Made by a program: the position numbers and the translations under genes. From NCBI GenBank assembly GCA_963847185.1, contig CAWJYV010000001.1, positions 32,001-96,000 of the forward strand: 64,000 nucleotides of DNA, read 5' to 3'. The stretch is from an uncultured Methanosarcinaceae archaeon. Its GTDB lineage: Archaea > Halobacteriota > Methanosarcinia > Methanosarcinales > Methanosarcinaceae. The notes under the pieces are model-generated. The model did no database searches and had not been told where the DNA came from. It saw nothing but the letters and a program-made list of their open reading frames with translations. Positions 21,326 to 31,083 of this stretch are shown piece by piece (the first letter of the stretch is position 1; the number at the start of each line of letters is the position of its first letter).

Positions 21326-21562
21326 CTATAAAAACTCAAACCTTAGCTGCTCTGCCATCTCACGAAAAATGTTTCCATTGGTAGTCGTAACAAAAATTCC
21401 TTTCTCGAGTCTAATAAGTTGTCTGTCCTCCAACAATTCTAAATATCTATTGACAATGTTGAAATTCACTTTCGCTGCATATATTATCTGCGTTTTGCTG
21501 GCCCCATTCACCGCTATTTTTAAAATTTCTTCTGCAATGTCAACCCTGCTCCTTTGCACCAT
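21326..21562 (-). CDS. Small archaeal wHTH regulator (COG3432-like)
   Basis: RSRVDIAEEIL...KTQIIYAAKVNF...YLELL...TTTNG pattern; GAGGGG RBS. Confidence 0.85.
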   Translation of the reverse strand: MVQRSRVDIAEEILKIAVNGASKTQIIYAAKVNFNIVNRYLELLEDRQLIRLEKGIFVTTTNGNIFREMAEQLRFEFL

Positions 21563-21989
21563 ACAACCCCTCTTTGAAAGCTTAAAAAAGTTTTAAAAAA
21601 CATTCATTAAAAGATACTATGATGGACATTTATGCTCATTATTTGGCCAAATATATTCTACTCATTCTATATAACGGTGTTTATTTTATATAATAAACTA
21701 GATTTTCAAATAATAAAAATCCCAAATCGTAAATGGGATGATGATTCTCTACTTAAATATACTAAAATATATACTTTCACACGACTAAAATCACAAACAA
21801 AATAGGTTTTCTACAAAGCCCACCTCTTTTCATCTTTCCTTAAAATGGAGCAACGTGATCTAAAATCTCATTTTTGCATAAACCGCATCAGTTGGCTCAA
21901 TTTAAGACAATACGTATAAATATGATACGTTTTTATTAATATTGTCGATAAATTGACAAACAAGTTAATTAAAGAGGAGATTTTAGAAA

Positions 21990-22445
21990 ATGGTTGCACC
22001 AAAAGTTGAAGTTGAGAAAAGCAAGCACAAAAGTTGAGACACCAGTGCAGAACAAAGTAGATGAATATTTCCAGCAGAATGAGAAGTTCTTTAATACGGG
22101 CGACATAAACGCAAAAAAAGCATTTTTCATGCTCGGGCAATATTGCCGAAAAGTCGGGTTTGAGTGCGAGGAAAAGAAAATTGCTGAGAAGCGGCACAGA
22201 GAGCAAGTTTCAAGCAAGATTGGCACGTGAAATATAGTAACAACATGACTTATAGAGCCTTTACGATAATAATGAAACTGCTGGATAGCGCCGCTTTAAA
22301 GTGCAACCCGCAACTGTTTTATAAATGTCAGTGGTGCGTGCAAGGAACTGATGATCAATAGTAATCTTGTTAGTGACAAGAAAGCTCTAAGCACCGAAGA
22401 TGGAAATATGGCTTTCTCCTCGGACTCTACCAGCAATTCAAATAA
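21990..22445 (+). pseudogene. Multiply frameshifted ~150-aa gene resembling the Cas8b/Csh1 C-terminal (Cas11-like) domain
   Basis: GAGGAG RBS and ATG at 21990. Joined frames give ...EYFQQNEKFF..AKKAFFMLGQY...LSTEDGNMAFSLGLYQQFK*. Confidence 0.5.
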
Positions 22446-23733
22446 GTATTTTTTTTGCTCTTTTTCTTGCTTGAATGATTCATTGCTATTTATTGATGCA
22501 CGGTCACCAACCTTTTTACTATTTTTGGGATATTATTAGATTTTAAAAGTTCATCAGGATCTCCTCTACTAATTCTTTTACTTTTTTTGTTTCTCCTGTC
22601 TTGGGATCAGTTATTTCTTTTTTCATTGCATCATTACATGAATCAGTAGCCGTAATCATAGAGTTCTTTTGTAAACTTCTTATTTTCAAATTATTATCAA
22701 CATTAAGTGCGGAAGAATCACAATTCTCCGCATTCGGTTTCTTAACTAAAGAAGAAATATTCGATTTATTCTTTCCATAATATTTGTCCCATGTAGTTTT
22801 AAGGTCGGTTTCGTGTACATTATCTAAAAATTCCATCCAACGAAAGATCCACTCTGAACTATTTAATCGGCTTACATATGTTCTGAACACTTCTTCACAG
22901 TTAATTAAGTTATTAATAAACTCAGCATAAAGAGTCATCCAGTACAAATTATGTAAGGAAATAAGTATTCCTGAAGTAGTTTTCATATCCCATAAGTATT
23001 CAGGTTTCTCTAACTGTTTACAAATTGGGCAAATACATTCAAATGAACGAGAGTCCTTATTCTTCTGGCTTCCATTCATCTTCATACCAGGACCATAAAA
23101 ATCAAGGTGAAACATAAACTTACGGAGTGTTCTTCCAAAAGATGCAGATGACGAGTCAAAGTATATTTGAGTGTTAGTATATCTATTTGCATATGCAATT
23201 AATGGTAGTAGATATGGAGAGGATAGACCTAATAAATGGAAAGGTTTACTCACACTATATTCTATCGCGAAACCAAGTCTTAATGGCATTAAATATTTCA
23301 TCTCTGAGCTGGTAGACAGAGAAAATCCATCGTATTCATAATTGTGATTATCTGTTGTTACTTCATACCAGCGTTCCATATCCTCATAACAGTCACCATG
23401 AATACAGTTAAACAACTTAAAGTCTGAATTATAAGCATCATCTATATGTTTATCTTTATACTCAAACATTGATTGAGCATTTTTCGCAGACTCTTTTAGA
23501 CAATCTTCAAAAATCTTCTTATCTTTAAATTGACTCCATTTTCTCGGTGTTGGAATATCAAGAGTCATTCCAACATCACAAACATCCATTTGCCATTGAA
23601 TTACTTTTTCCCACGTAAGTTTTTTATGAATATCTGGATCTTTCAATTCACCCATTTTAGATTTCAAGATTTGATAACCACCGGAGTCACCAAAAAACAA
23701 AACATCGTTTCTAATTTCATTTCTGCCTTTTAC

Positions 23734-25376
23734 CTTGACTTTGTCACATTTCCTTTTCACGTCTACCGTGAAGTATAATTTTATTCCTATATATTTGAGA
23801 TCGTGAAACAAATAACAAGTGACTTTATCAAGTCAAACACTATCTCTGTAGAAAAATACATTTCTGAAACGAATCTTGAATTCTATTTTCAAACTAAAAC
23901 TCGTTGTGTCGCTTCAACGTGTATTGATTACCTTAATGGTTTGATGCTTCTTCCATATCGGAAAAATTTGAGAAAAATGGCAATTTATTGTTGTAAATGC
24001 TCTAACAACGAATCACTCAGCCATTTCCTCTCAACTTCTCCTTGGCTTTCTGCAGATCTCCTCAAATCTGTTCGAACAAAAGCCATTCAAACTATAGGCA
24101 AAAATGGTGTTCTTATACTTGACGAATCAAGCATAAAAAAATCTGGAAATAGTTCTGTTGGAGTTTCTCATCAGTATTGTGGCAACCTTGGAAAAAAGGA
24201 CAATTGTCAGGTTGGTGTATTCCTTGCTTATTTTAAAAAGAAGAGAAGAATGTTGATTGATGAGAGATTATATCTCCCACAAAAATGGATTGATGATAAG
24301 GTACGTTGTTTAAAGGCTAAAGTTCCTCTTGAAGAGATTAAATTCCGAACCAAGCATGAGCTTGGTCTTGAAATGATTGATAATGCAATAGAAGAAGGTA
24401 TTCCTTTTTCCTATGTTACAATGGATGGATTCTACGGTGAAAATCCGGAGTTGTTGACAGAACTTGAAATTAGAGGTTTAACTTTTGTTGCAGACATAGC
24501 TGTCGATACTCTTGTTTATATTGAGGAACCAGTTGCTGAGATACCTGCGAAAAAGGGAATAAGAGGAAGAAAACCCACTATCCCCAAGGTTTTGAATACA
24601 TTATCAACAAGAGTAGATTCTCTTTCCAATTCAGTTGAGGGATGGGAACTTATCAATGTTAGAAAAACGGAAAGAGGGTATAAAAAAGTCTATTTTAAGG
24701 CTATAAAAGTTTGGAGACGTCAGAATAAATTACCTTGTGAGAAGCCGGTATGGCTTCTTATAAGTAAAGATTCAGAATCAAATGAAATTAAATATTCACT
24801 ATGTAACGCCTCTGAAGATACATCATTCGATAAACTTGCAAAAATGCAGAGTTCAAGGTATTGGATTGAGAGAGCATTTCAAGATGCGAAAGGAGACTGT
24901 GGAATGGCAGAATACATGGTGAGAAATTGGAATGCGTGGCACCATCATATGGCATTAGTAATGCTTGCAATGCTTATTTTACTCTCCTATCAGAAAAAAT
25001 TCAACAAAATGTATAAGATGTCAATTCCTGGAGTTTTATGGATACTGAAGTACCATAATCCATTGAAAAGAATCGATGCTCGGGAAATTGCAGGAATCTT
25101 AAATCAAGATAATGAGTTGAGAAGGAAAGCAAGGGTTAGCAGATTAAGAAGTTCATAATAATTTTCTGATTGGAATAAAATGGATTCGTGTTCCGACGAC
25201 TGGTAAGTATACAATTTTGACAGGAAAAATTTATGACAGTAGAAATAATGGAGATAGTGATCAAGAAAAAAATAGAAGAAACAAGAATAGGAAAGGGAAA
25301 AGATTAAAGATACAGCAAATTTGAATGGAAATAAGTTGTGATGATTGTAAAAATGAGTTAATTTGACAAAGTCAAG
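23734..25376 (+). mobile_element. IS701-family insertion sequence (1643 bp)
   Basis: Inverted repeats CTTGACTTTGTCACATT / AATTTGACAAAGTCAAG (16/17 match); 4-bp TSD TTAC at 23730-23733 and 25377-25380. Confidence 0.93.
23803..25158 (+). CDS. IS701-family transposase
   Basis: ILDES..K.G..SVGV..QYCGNLGK..NCQV, DGFYG, RYWIERAFQDAK and WHHHMALV motifs. Confidence 0.93.
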   Translation: MKQITSDFIKSNTISVEKYISETNLEFYFQTKTRCVASTCIDYLNGLMLLPYRKNLRKMAIYCCKCSNNESLSHFLSTSPWLSADLLKSVRTKAIQTIGKNGVLILDESSIKKSGNSSVGVSHQYCGNLGKKDNCQVGVFLAYFKKKRRMLIDERLYLPQKWIDDKVRCLKAKVPLEEIKFRTKHELGLEMIDNAIEEGIPFSYVTMDGFYGENPELLTELEIRGLTFVADIAVDTLVYIEEPVAEIPAKKGIRGRKPTIPKVLNTLSTRVDSLSNSVEGWELINVRKTERGYKKVYFKAIKVWRRQNKLPCEKPVWLLISKDSESNEIKYSLCNASEDTSFDKLAKMQSSRYWIERAFQDAKGDCGMAEYMVRNWNAWHHHMALVMLAMLILLSYQKKFNKMYKMSIPGVLWILKYHNPLKRIDAREIAGILNQDNELRRKARVSRLRSS

Positions 25377-25708
25377 TTACATTATCTATTCCATAGTAAG
25401 CAGATACTAGCATTGCATTATAAGAAAAAAATGGATTATCCGACCACCAACTACACTGTTTATCTTTGCCTAGAATAGAGACACTAGATGGATAAAAGTA
25501 ATCAATATCTTCAGGTGTAATCGTAACCGGAATATAAATTAATTTATTTTCTTTAAATGTGTTTACCATGTTGTAACCCCTTAATTTCCTGATCTTTAAC
25601 GGACTTTGCGAAATTTAAAAAAAGAAATGAAGAGATAGATTTTTGTTAAAAATAAAAAATTTAAAGTTTTGGGTTGTATTTTTTGGTTTTTAAAACCTTT
25701 TCAGGATA

Positions 25709-27118
25709 TTAGATAGCACTAGAAGCTTTGCCATCTTTTTTATCTTCAATATCTTCCACAAATGTTGGTTTTCCCCAGTTCTCGAGTTCAGTTTCATGGA
25801 AGGGATCTACATAACTTCCACCAGGGAACATTTTCATTGCAATCTGGTAAACTGGCATATACTTGCTTTTATCCTTTTCACCTTTTTTAAATATAATATC
25901 AGGTTGATAATCTTCAACTGGTTCTAAATTACCTTTAAGTCCAAACAATACAAACTCGACAACACCGTTGAAATATACACCAGGTTTTCTTTCAGCATCA
26001 TATATCCCGATAGATTTCAGACTGAAACCCCAACTTCGCATGAGACCCCATCTATCTTCGAGATTTTGAGTAGTCGCCCATAAAAAAAGTGCAGAATCTT
26101 TTGAAATTTTGGTTTCTGTTTTCTTAGCTTCGTCGGCATTTTTTGGATCCGCAACTATAACATTATACACCCCTGGTGGTGGTACAGCTATCATTTTAGG
26201 TGGCTTATTAGTATGTTCTTTCTTGTACTTCTCGAAATCTTTATCGGCTTTGTTTGGTGTGACAGCGCCTGTTATAGCTTTATCTACAAGCTCTTTTGCT
26301 TTCGCAGCAACGTCCTTAATTTCTTGTGGAGCATCTTCTTTAGCGTTAGGGTCTTTTGCAGCTTCCATTAACTTGAGTAACTTATATCCTGCATCAATTG
26401 AGAGGCGATCAGCCCTCATTTCATCCATAACATATTTGGCATCTTTATCTTTGTTATTATACGACTTCCCTATATATTTCAGATTTGAAAGGGTGCCTTC
26501 ACTGAGACCTATTACTTTAGCTTGCTTTTCGGTAGTGCTACCATATTCTTCGTCCCGATAACTCAGATCTGAGTTAACGGAATTTTGTTTAAGTTTACTT
26601 TGTTTTCGCTCATCGGCGCGTTTAGTGTAAATTTCTTCTAAAAGTTCAGTTTCTTTAAAAATCTGTAATGGATTTTTCTTTCGATGCTTATTGAATTCAA
26701 TTATAGCTTCTTCTTCATCTACATCTAAAGAAAACGGCTTCATGAAGCACAGAGCTTCAATTTCTTTGTATTCTTTATTTTCTTTTTTCTTATACTCTTC
26801 TTCTTTTTGTAATTCTTTTAATGCTCTCCATCTGCGATGACCAGATATAATCAGATACTCCTGGTCAATGACAATAGGTTCAAGCTGGCCAAGGTCTCTA
26901 ATACTCTCTTTTAAAGCCTCATCAATTGTTTCCTTCCCATATATCTCAATATTTTTTGGATGTTCTTTAAGCTTTTTAGGATTGATAGGAAAAATTCCGC
27001 TAATTACTTCTTTTTTCTTTGGTTGTTCTTGTTTTTCATCTTGCAGTACTTGTTCATCTTGCAGTACTTGTTCATTATCATGAACATGTTTTTGAGTATC
27101 TTCTTTATTTACTTCCAT
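25709..27118 (-). CDS. ParB/Srx-domain + HTH + degenerate MT-A70-like methyltransferase fusion
   Basis: LKESI..LGQLEPIVI..IISGHRRWRA (ParB); QAKVIGLSEGTL (HTH); YNVIVADPK, ALFLWAT, WGF, EFVLFG (MT-A70-like, DPPW changed to DPKN). Confidence 0.85.
   Translation of the reverse strand: MEVNKEDTQKHVHDNEQVLQDEQVLQDEKQEQPKKKEVISGIFPINPKKLKEHPKNIEIYGKETIDEALKESIRDLGQLEPIVIDQEYLIISGHRRWRALKELQKEEEYKKKENKEYKEIEALCFMKPFSLDVDEEEAIIEFNKHRKKNPLQIFKETELLEEIYTKRADERKQSKLKQNSVNSDLSYRDEEYGSTTEKQAKVIGLSEGTLSNLKYIGKSYNNKDKDAKYVMDEMRADRLSIDAGYKLLKLMEAAKDPNAKEDAPQEIKDVAAKAKELVDKAITGAVTPNKADKDFEKYKKEHTNKPPKMIAVPPPGVYNVIVADPKNADEAKKTETKISKDSALFLWATTQNLEDRWGLMRSWGFSLKSIGIYDAERKPGVYFNGVVEFVLFGLKGNLEPVEDYQPDIIFKKGEKDKSKYMPVYQIAMKMFPGGSYVDPFHETELENWGKPTFVEDIEDKKDGKASSAI
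26555..26580. promoter_or_regulatory. Intragenic 26-bp palindrome, candidate parS-like site
   Basis: CCGATAACTCAGATCTGAGTTAACGG is the exact reverse complement of the copies at 53509-53534 and 57130-57155. Confidence 0.55.
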
Positions 27119-27190
27119 ATATTATAATAAAAGTTTTTATTATAAAAGACTTACTAATATTTTTATATATGTTTGTGTTAATATATTGTT

Positions 27191-28756
27191 ATGTTCTATG
27201 AAATTTTTGAAAAAAAATGGTTTAATTATAAGCCTTATAACACTTATTCAAACGAAAAAAAAATTGATGTACTTCTTACCTTACGTAGTGTTTTTAATAT
27301 AAAATTAGAAGCAACTGAAAATATTAGAGAATTGAGATATTTAGATGTTTTAGAGGAAAAAATATTAAGACTAGTACAGTCTGACTTAATAGAGGATATA
27401 TATAAGTGCGAGAATGAAATAAACAAACTAAACGAAGATATTACAGATCCAGATATACTAGAAAAAATAGAGACTGCTGGTATTGATGGGACAATGCATA
27501 AAATAACTGGACATGAAAAATTATCTGATAACGGCTTTGATCATATTAAAGGACTACTTCTATTGAATGAACTTCACGTACTTCAAATGGAATCGTTAAA
27601 GGATCGAAAACGTATTCCTTATATCAGTGAATATGAAAAAAAAGTTTTGAGTGAAATATTAAACATTTTATCAATTTCTATTTTCGATAACTACCAAAAA
27701 ATGGAATCTATTTATCGTCGGAAGATTCCAATTGATTTTAAATATAGACGAGAATTAAAAGATGCAATAGAAGATTCAGAAATAGAAAATTCTAAAGTTT
27801 TAGGTCCGGAAAAAAGTCATATCCAGGTTGATTACCTAAAAACAGAAGATCTAGATTTAAGAAAATGGGAGCCTAAAAAATGGTTTACAAGACGATATGA
27901 TTTATTTCGGGCTTCATACGATCCATATTATTTCGCTTATATATTTAATTTTCAAGCGTTAATGAACGGTTTTGACAGATATTCTCTAAAGAAACAAATT
28001 GAAGTTGGTCTTGCTAATTATTGCTCAATTCAAGTACAACTCAAAGCTCTTTACATGCGGTTAAATGAAAAAAAAGAGCTAACTGAGTATGAAGAAATAA
28101 TATGGAATTATAGAATTAGAACACTTTTCTCCAGTAAGATTTATTATGACGTTCTTATAGCAAAAATATTCTTAATCGATATCAAAAAGGATCATTTTTA
28201 TAAAGACAATATATTAAACGAACTTGAAAGAAAAGTATCAAAAAATATTAAATTAGAGAAGTACCACATAGAAAATGACCAACCATTTACTCTATCTATG
28301 GAATCTTCTTATTGTGAACCTGCTAAAAAAAATAAAGAACTTCTAGAAGAAGCAGAAAAAGTTTACAACTATAAGTACAATTCTTTGTGTTGTTTTATTA
28401 AACCTGATCAAATGAGTGTTGACAGAGCCTATATACCTCCTAGTGATCCTTACAACCCTAACCAAGCAGAGTTCATTAAATTTCTTTTGGCAAAACATGA
28501 GTTAGAAACAGTAGAAATCGAAGCATTGCTTCAATATAATCGAACATTAAATAAATCGAGATATGAAAATAAATATGATAAAATTTTCGTTAAAAGCCTA
28601 TGTGCTTACAAAACATCGTGTGTTCTACTGACAGATGAAGAAATATGGGATGCATACTATACGCTCCCAGATGATTATCCTGATAAAGGAAAAATTCTCA
28701 ATGAAATAAAAAAGGCAAAGGTTGATCTTGATCCAAAGGAAATTAATAAAGAGTAA
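27191..28756 (+). CDS. Hypothetical protein (521 aa, very AT-rich)
   Basis: Long ORF; no motif recognised. Confidence 0.75.
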   Translation: MFYEIFEKKWFNYKPYNTYSNEKKIDVLLTLRSVFNIKLEATENIRELRYLDVLEEKILRLVQSDLIEDIYKCENEINKLNEDITDPDILEKIETAGIDGTMHKITGHEKLSDNGFDHIKGLLLLNELHVLQMESLKDRKRIPYISEYEKKVLSEILNILSISIFDNYQKMESIYRRKIPIDFKYRRELKDAIEDSEIENSKVLGPEKSHIQVDYLKTEDLDLRKWEPKKWFTRRYDLFRASYDPYYFAYIFNFQALMNGFDRYSLKKQIEVGLANYCSIQVQLKALYMRLNEKKELTEYEEIIWNYRIRTLFSSKIYYDVLIAKIFLIDIKKDHFYKDNILNELERKVSKNIKLEKYHIENDQPFTLSMESSYCEPAKKNKELLEEAEKVYNYKYNSLCCFIKPDQMSVDRAYIPPSDPYNPNQAEFIKFLLAKHELETVEIEALLQYNRTLNKSRYENKYDKIFVKSLCAYKTSCVLLTDEEIWDAYYTLPDDYPDKGKILNEIKKAKVDLDPKEINKE

Positions 28757-28886
28757 ACACCAGATAGAGAGTTATACAAGCATATAACTGTCCAGGTTCG
28801 AAACCTTCATCCATTTCTTGATTGGGTCTGATAGGTGATAGAGATGTTGACATATTTCTTGTCAGCATCAATTACTGGTCTTGTCA

Positions 28887-29030
28887 TTAGGCCACTTCAC
28901 TTGCAGCTTCGAGAACAACTTCGACCATTGCCTTTTCAATTGATGATCCATGCTTCAGTACATACTCAATACTCTCAGGATATTGTTTGATAATATCCTG
29001 TGCCGTTGTAACCTTCTTTTGTAACCTCAT
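28887..29030 (-). CDS. 47-aa hypothetical protein MRLQKKVTTAQDIIKQYPESIEYVLKHGSSIEKAMVEVVLEAASEVA
   Basis: Helical-looking ORF downstream of the integrase; its stop overlaps the next ATG (TAATG). Confidence 0.5.
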   Translation of the reverse strand: MRLQKKVTTAQDIIKQYPESIEYVLKHGSSIEKAMVEVVLEAASEVA

Positions 29031-29368
29031 ATAAACTATAAATTATTGATTCATTCCTAATGTAAGATAAGATCGTAGTGATTAGATGCCTTCTTTTATA
29101 AAACAAAATTACATTGAGGCTTTAAAACAATACGTATTTATAGGATTCGACTTGCTCAAGATTTGATCTATCCCAAAGACAAAACAAGAATCGAAATAAC
29201 TAAAGGGCACTGGATTTTCCAGGTCATATAACCTTAGTAGTCTCCTGTTAGATTAGTGCGTGGCTTCTAATAAGATATGCACCCAATAGGGGTTTTAGAG
29301 AAAAGTAGAGAGAATAACGATAATCACAATATGTATTAATAGGAATCGCAAAAGTTGAGCAAAAAAAA

Positions 29369-30565
29369 TTACTTTATTTTGGATGAAACTTTAGCCAGTA
29401 AGGTTGGATCTTGTTGTAAATATGTGAGTAAATCTGATATTAGCATTTCCTTATCCTGTGCTGCTTCCTGTGTGACCGGCATCCCACAATCACAATATCT
29501 CATTCCTGACGGGATCGGCATACTGCACCTGGCACATCTATTAATCTTGTTTCCTTCCTTATCCTGAACAACTCTTATCCCGTAAGATGCAAGTACAGCA
29601 TTATCAATTTCGGGATTCGACAAATGTATATACGTTTCCGTTTGGCTGCTAGATCCAGCCCATCCAAATTGCTTCTTAAGCTGTTGTTCAGTCATTGTAT
29701 TGGCGAGTCTAGTTGCCTGAGAATGGCGGAGTAAATGACAATATACGTTCTTTTTAATCCCAGCTTTCTTGGCTGCCTTTTTTAACAACAGATTCATTGA
29801 TATTGTTCTTAGTGGCGTGTGCACACGCGGTTCGTCCTTAGCTTGTTTCTGTTTATTCTTACTATAACTTCTATTAGTATACTCTCTAGCTGTAGTGAAT
29901 AATGGAGCTTGGGGATCATTTGCATTTGGATGATCAACAAGCCACTGCTTAAGATACACCTGGTACTTATGCAACAACACCTGTCTCTTCCCAGTTTTAC
30001 CATTAAGTGTTATATGGAACCCATAGGGATGATCTTTAACATCGCCTATTTTACAGTTTTGGATTTCCCCAACTCTTGCTCCTAACTCATAAATTATAGC
30101 TACCAATGCTTTATCCCGGATGCCAATACAACATGCAATTATTTTCTCAACTTCTTCCTCACTAAGGATATCTTCCGACTCTAATTTTTTACCTTCTACT
30201 CTAGCAAACCCGAACTTTGCAAGCTCAATTAGCTCTTTATTATCAGTGCTTGCACCATATCCTTTCAGGAACCTTTGAAACGTAATTTTGTACTGCATCT
30301 TACTTGTCGGGCTGGCAGGATTCCCATTTTTCTTTGTCCAATCATTGATTGCGTCTTGGATATCATTAACATCCTTCTTGGTCAACTTGTCCAGGTCGGT
30401 CTTAGTATGTGTCAACAGGAACCGCAAAAAATGCTCATTGTTTCTAATGGTAGCTTCCTTCAAACCACTACGATTCAGGTCCTTTAGATACTCAAGAACA
30501 ATGCTCTGGTTATGTTCGGAAATATTATTCTCAATACAAAAGTTAACTATATTATGCGTATCCAT
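29369..30565 (-). CDS. Tyrosine recombinase/integrase with C-terminal Zn-ribbon
   Basis: R (GARVGE), K (GKTG), HLLRH, FGW and Y (TYIH) residues; CARC..CDCG; GGAG RBS before ATG 30565. Confidence 0.92.
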   Translation of the reverse strand: MDTHNIVNFCIENNISEHNQSIVLEYLKDLNRSGLKEATIRNNEHFLRFLLTHTKTDLDKLTKKDVNDIQDAINDWTKKNGNPASPTSKMQYKITFQRFLKGYGASTDNKELIELAKFGFARVEGKKLESEDILSEEEVEKIIACCIGIRDKALVAIIYELGARVGEIQNCKIGDVKDHPYGFHITLNGKTGKRQVLLHKYQVYLKQWLVDHPNANDPQAPLFTTAREYTNRSYSKNKQKQAKDEPRVHTPLRTISMNLLLKKAAKKAGIKKNVYCHLLRHSQATRLANTMTEQQLKKQFGWAGSSSQTETYIHLSNPEIDNAVLASYGIRVVQDKEGNKINRCARCSMPIPSGMRYCDCGMPVTQEAAQDKEMLISDLLTYLQQDPTLLAKVSSKIK

Positions 30566-30960
30566 AGAAACTTTCTCCAATTTATAATTATACAACGCAT
30601 AATATATATAAGATTGGATAATGTATATTATTAACTGGTTTTTGGGAAGGAAATGATTAATATTACTAAACATTTGTAAATAAATTACTTTTAGGAGTAG
30701 AAGGTTTTGGGGGTGGTAGGCAAAATAACCTTTACAATAAAATTTAGTTTATAGAGTTTTAAGTAAGCTAGCTTCCATATGAAATTTAATAAGCGTGTGA
30801 CGTGGTGCCAGTCTAAACACTTGTAGAAGAGATTGTCCGCGGGATATGTAGAAGACTGTCCCCGCACCTGTTATTAATTTATACCCCTGTGACTGTAGTC
30901 GGGCAGCTCGGAAATAATAATAATAAGAAGGGAAAATATAAGCAAACTGTTCGTATAAAA

Positions 30961-31080
30961 TATATACTACAAAAGTTTCAAAAAAGGAATGATGTTTATT
31001 ATCGGATGGATAATAGGTCTATACCACAAAACATTATTGAGCACCGGAATTTGTAATAAGTTATATACTACAAAATGTTG
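30961..31080. repeat. Three iteron-like direct repeats TATACYACAAAA
   Basis: Copies at about 30961, 31019 and 31062, in the same position relative to the wHTH paralog as 1282-1408. Confidence 0.65.
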
Positions 31081-31083
31081 ATA

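Larger units (their letters stand above)
22543..25569 (-). pseudogene. TGT-fold (DpdA-like) transglycosylase, 459 aa when reconstructed, split by IS701
   Basis: Removing the IS and one TTAC joins ..AYYGIDNV|KGRNEIR.. in frame. Motifs DSGGYQ, LDIP, FHLLG, FDSSS and CICPIC..LHNL are present. Confidence 0.85.
13900..30700. mobile_element. Integrated plasmid/provirus-like element (boundaries approximate; no att sites found)
   Basis: Tyrosine integrase, RHH protein, P-loop ATPase with iteron cluster, ParB-like gene, TGT-like gene, DUF1249-like gene. Confidence 0.6.

Noticed and set aside
23734-23811. N-terminus of the 422-aa ORF 22543-23811
   Set aside because: These codons come from the IS701 left end. 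The real N-terminus is at 25377-25569.
28790-28815. GGTTCGAAACC T-loop-like motif (and the hairpin at 14968) as a tRNA-derived att site
   Set aside because: No cloverleaf can be built and there is no second copy, so the element's att sites remain unidentified.
28807-28887. Short ORF MTRPVIDADKKYVNISIT.. resembling an RHH start
   Set aside because: It ends after 26 codons. It may be a frameshifted remnant but is too weak to call.
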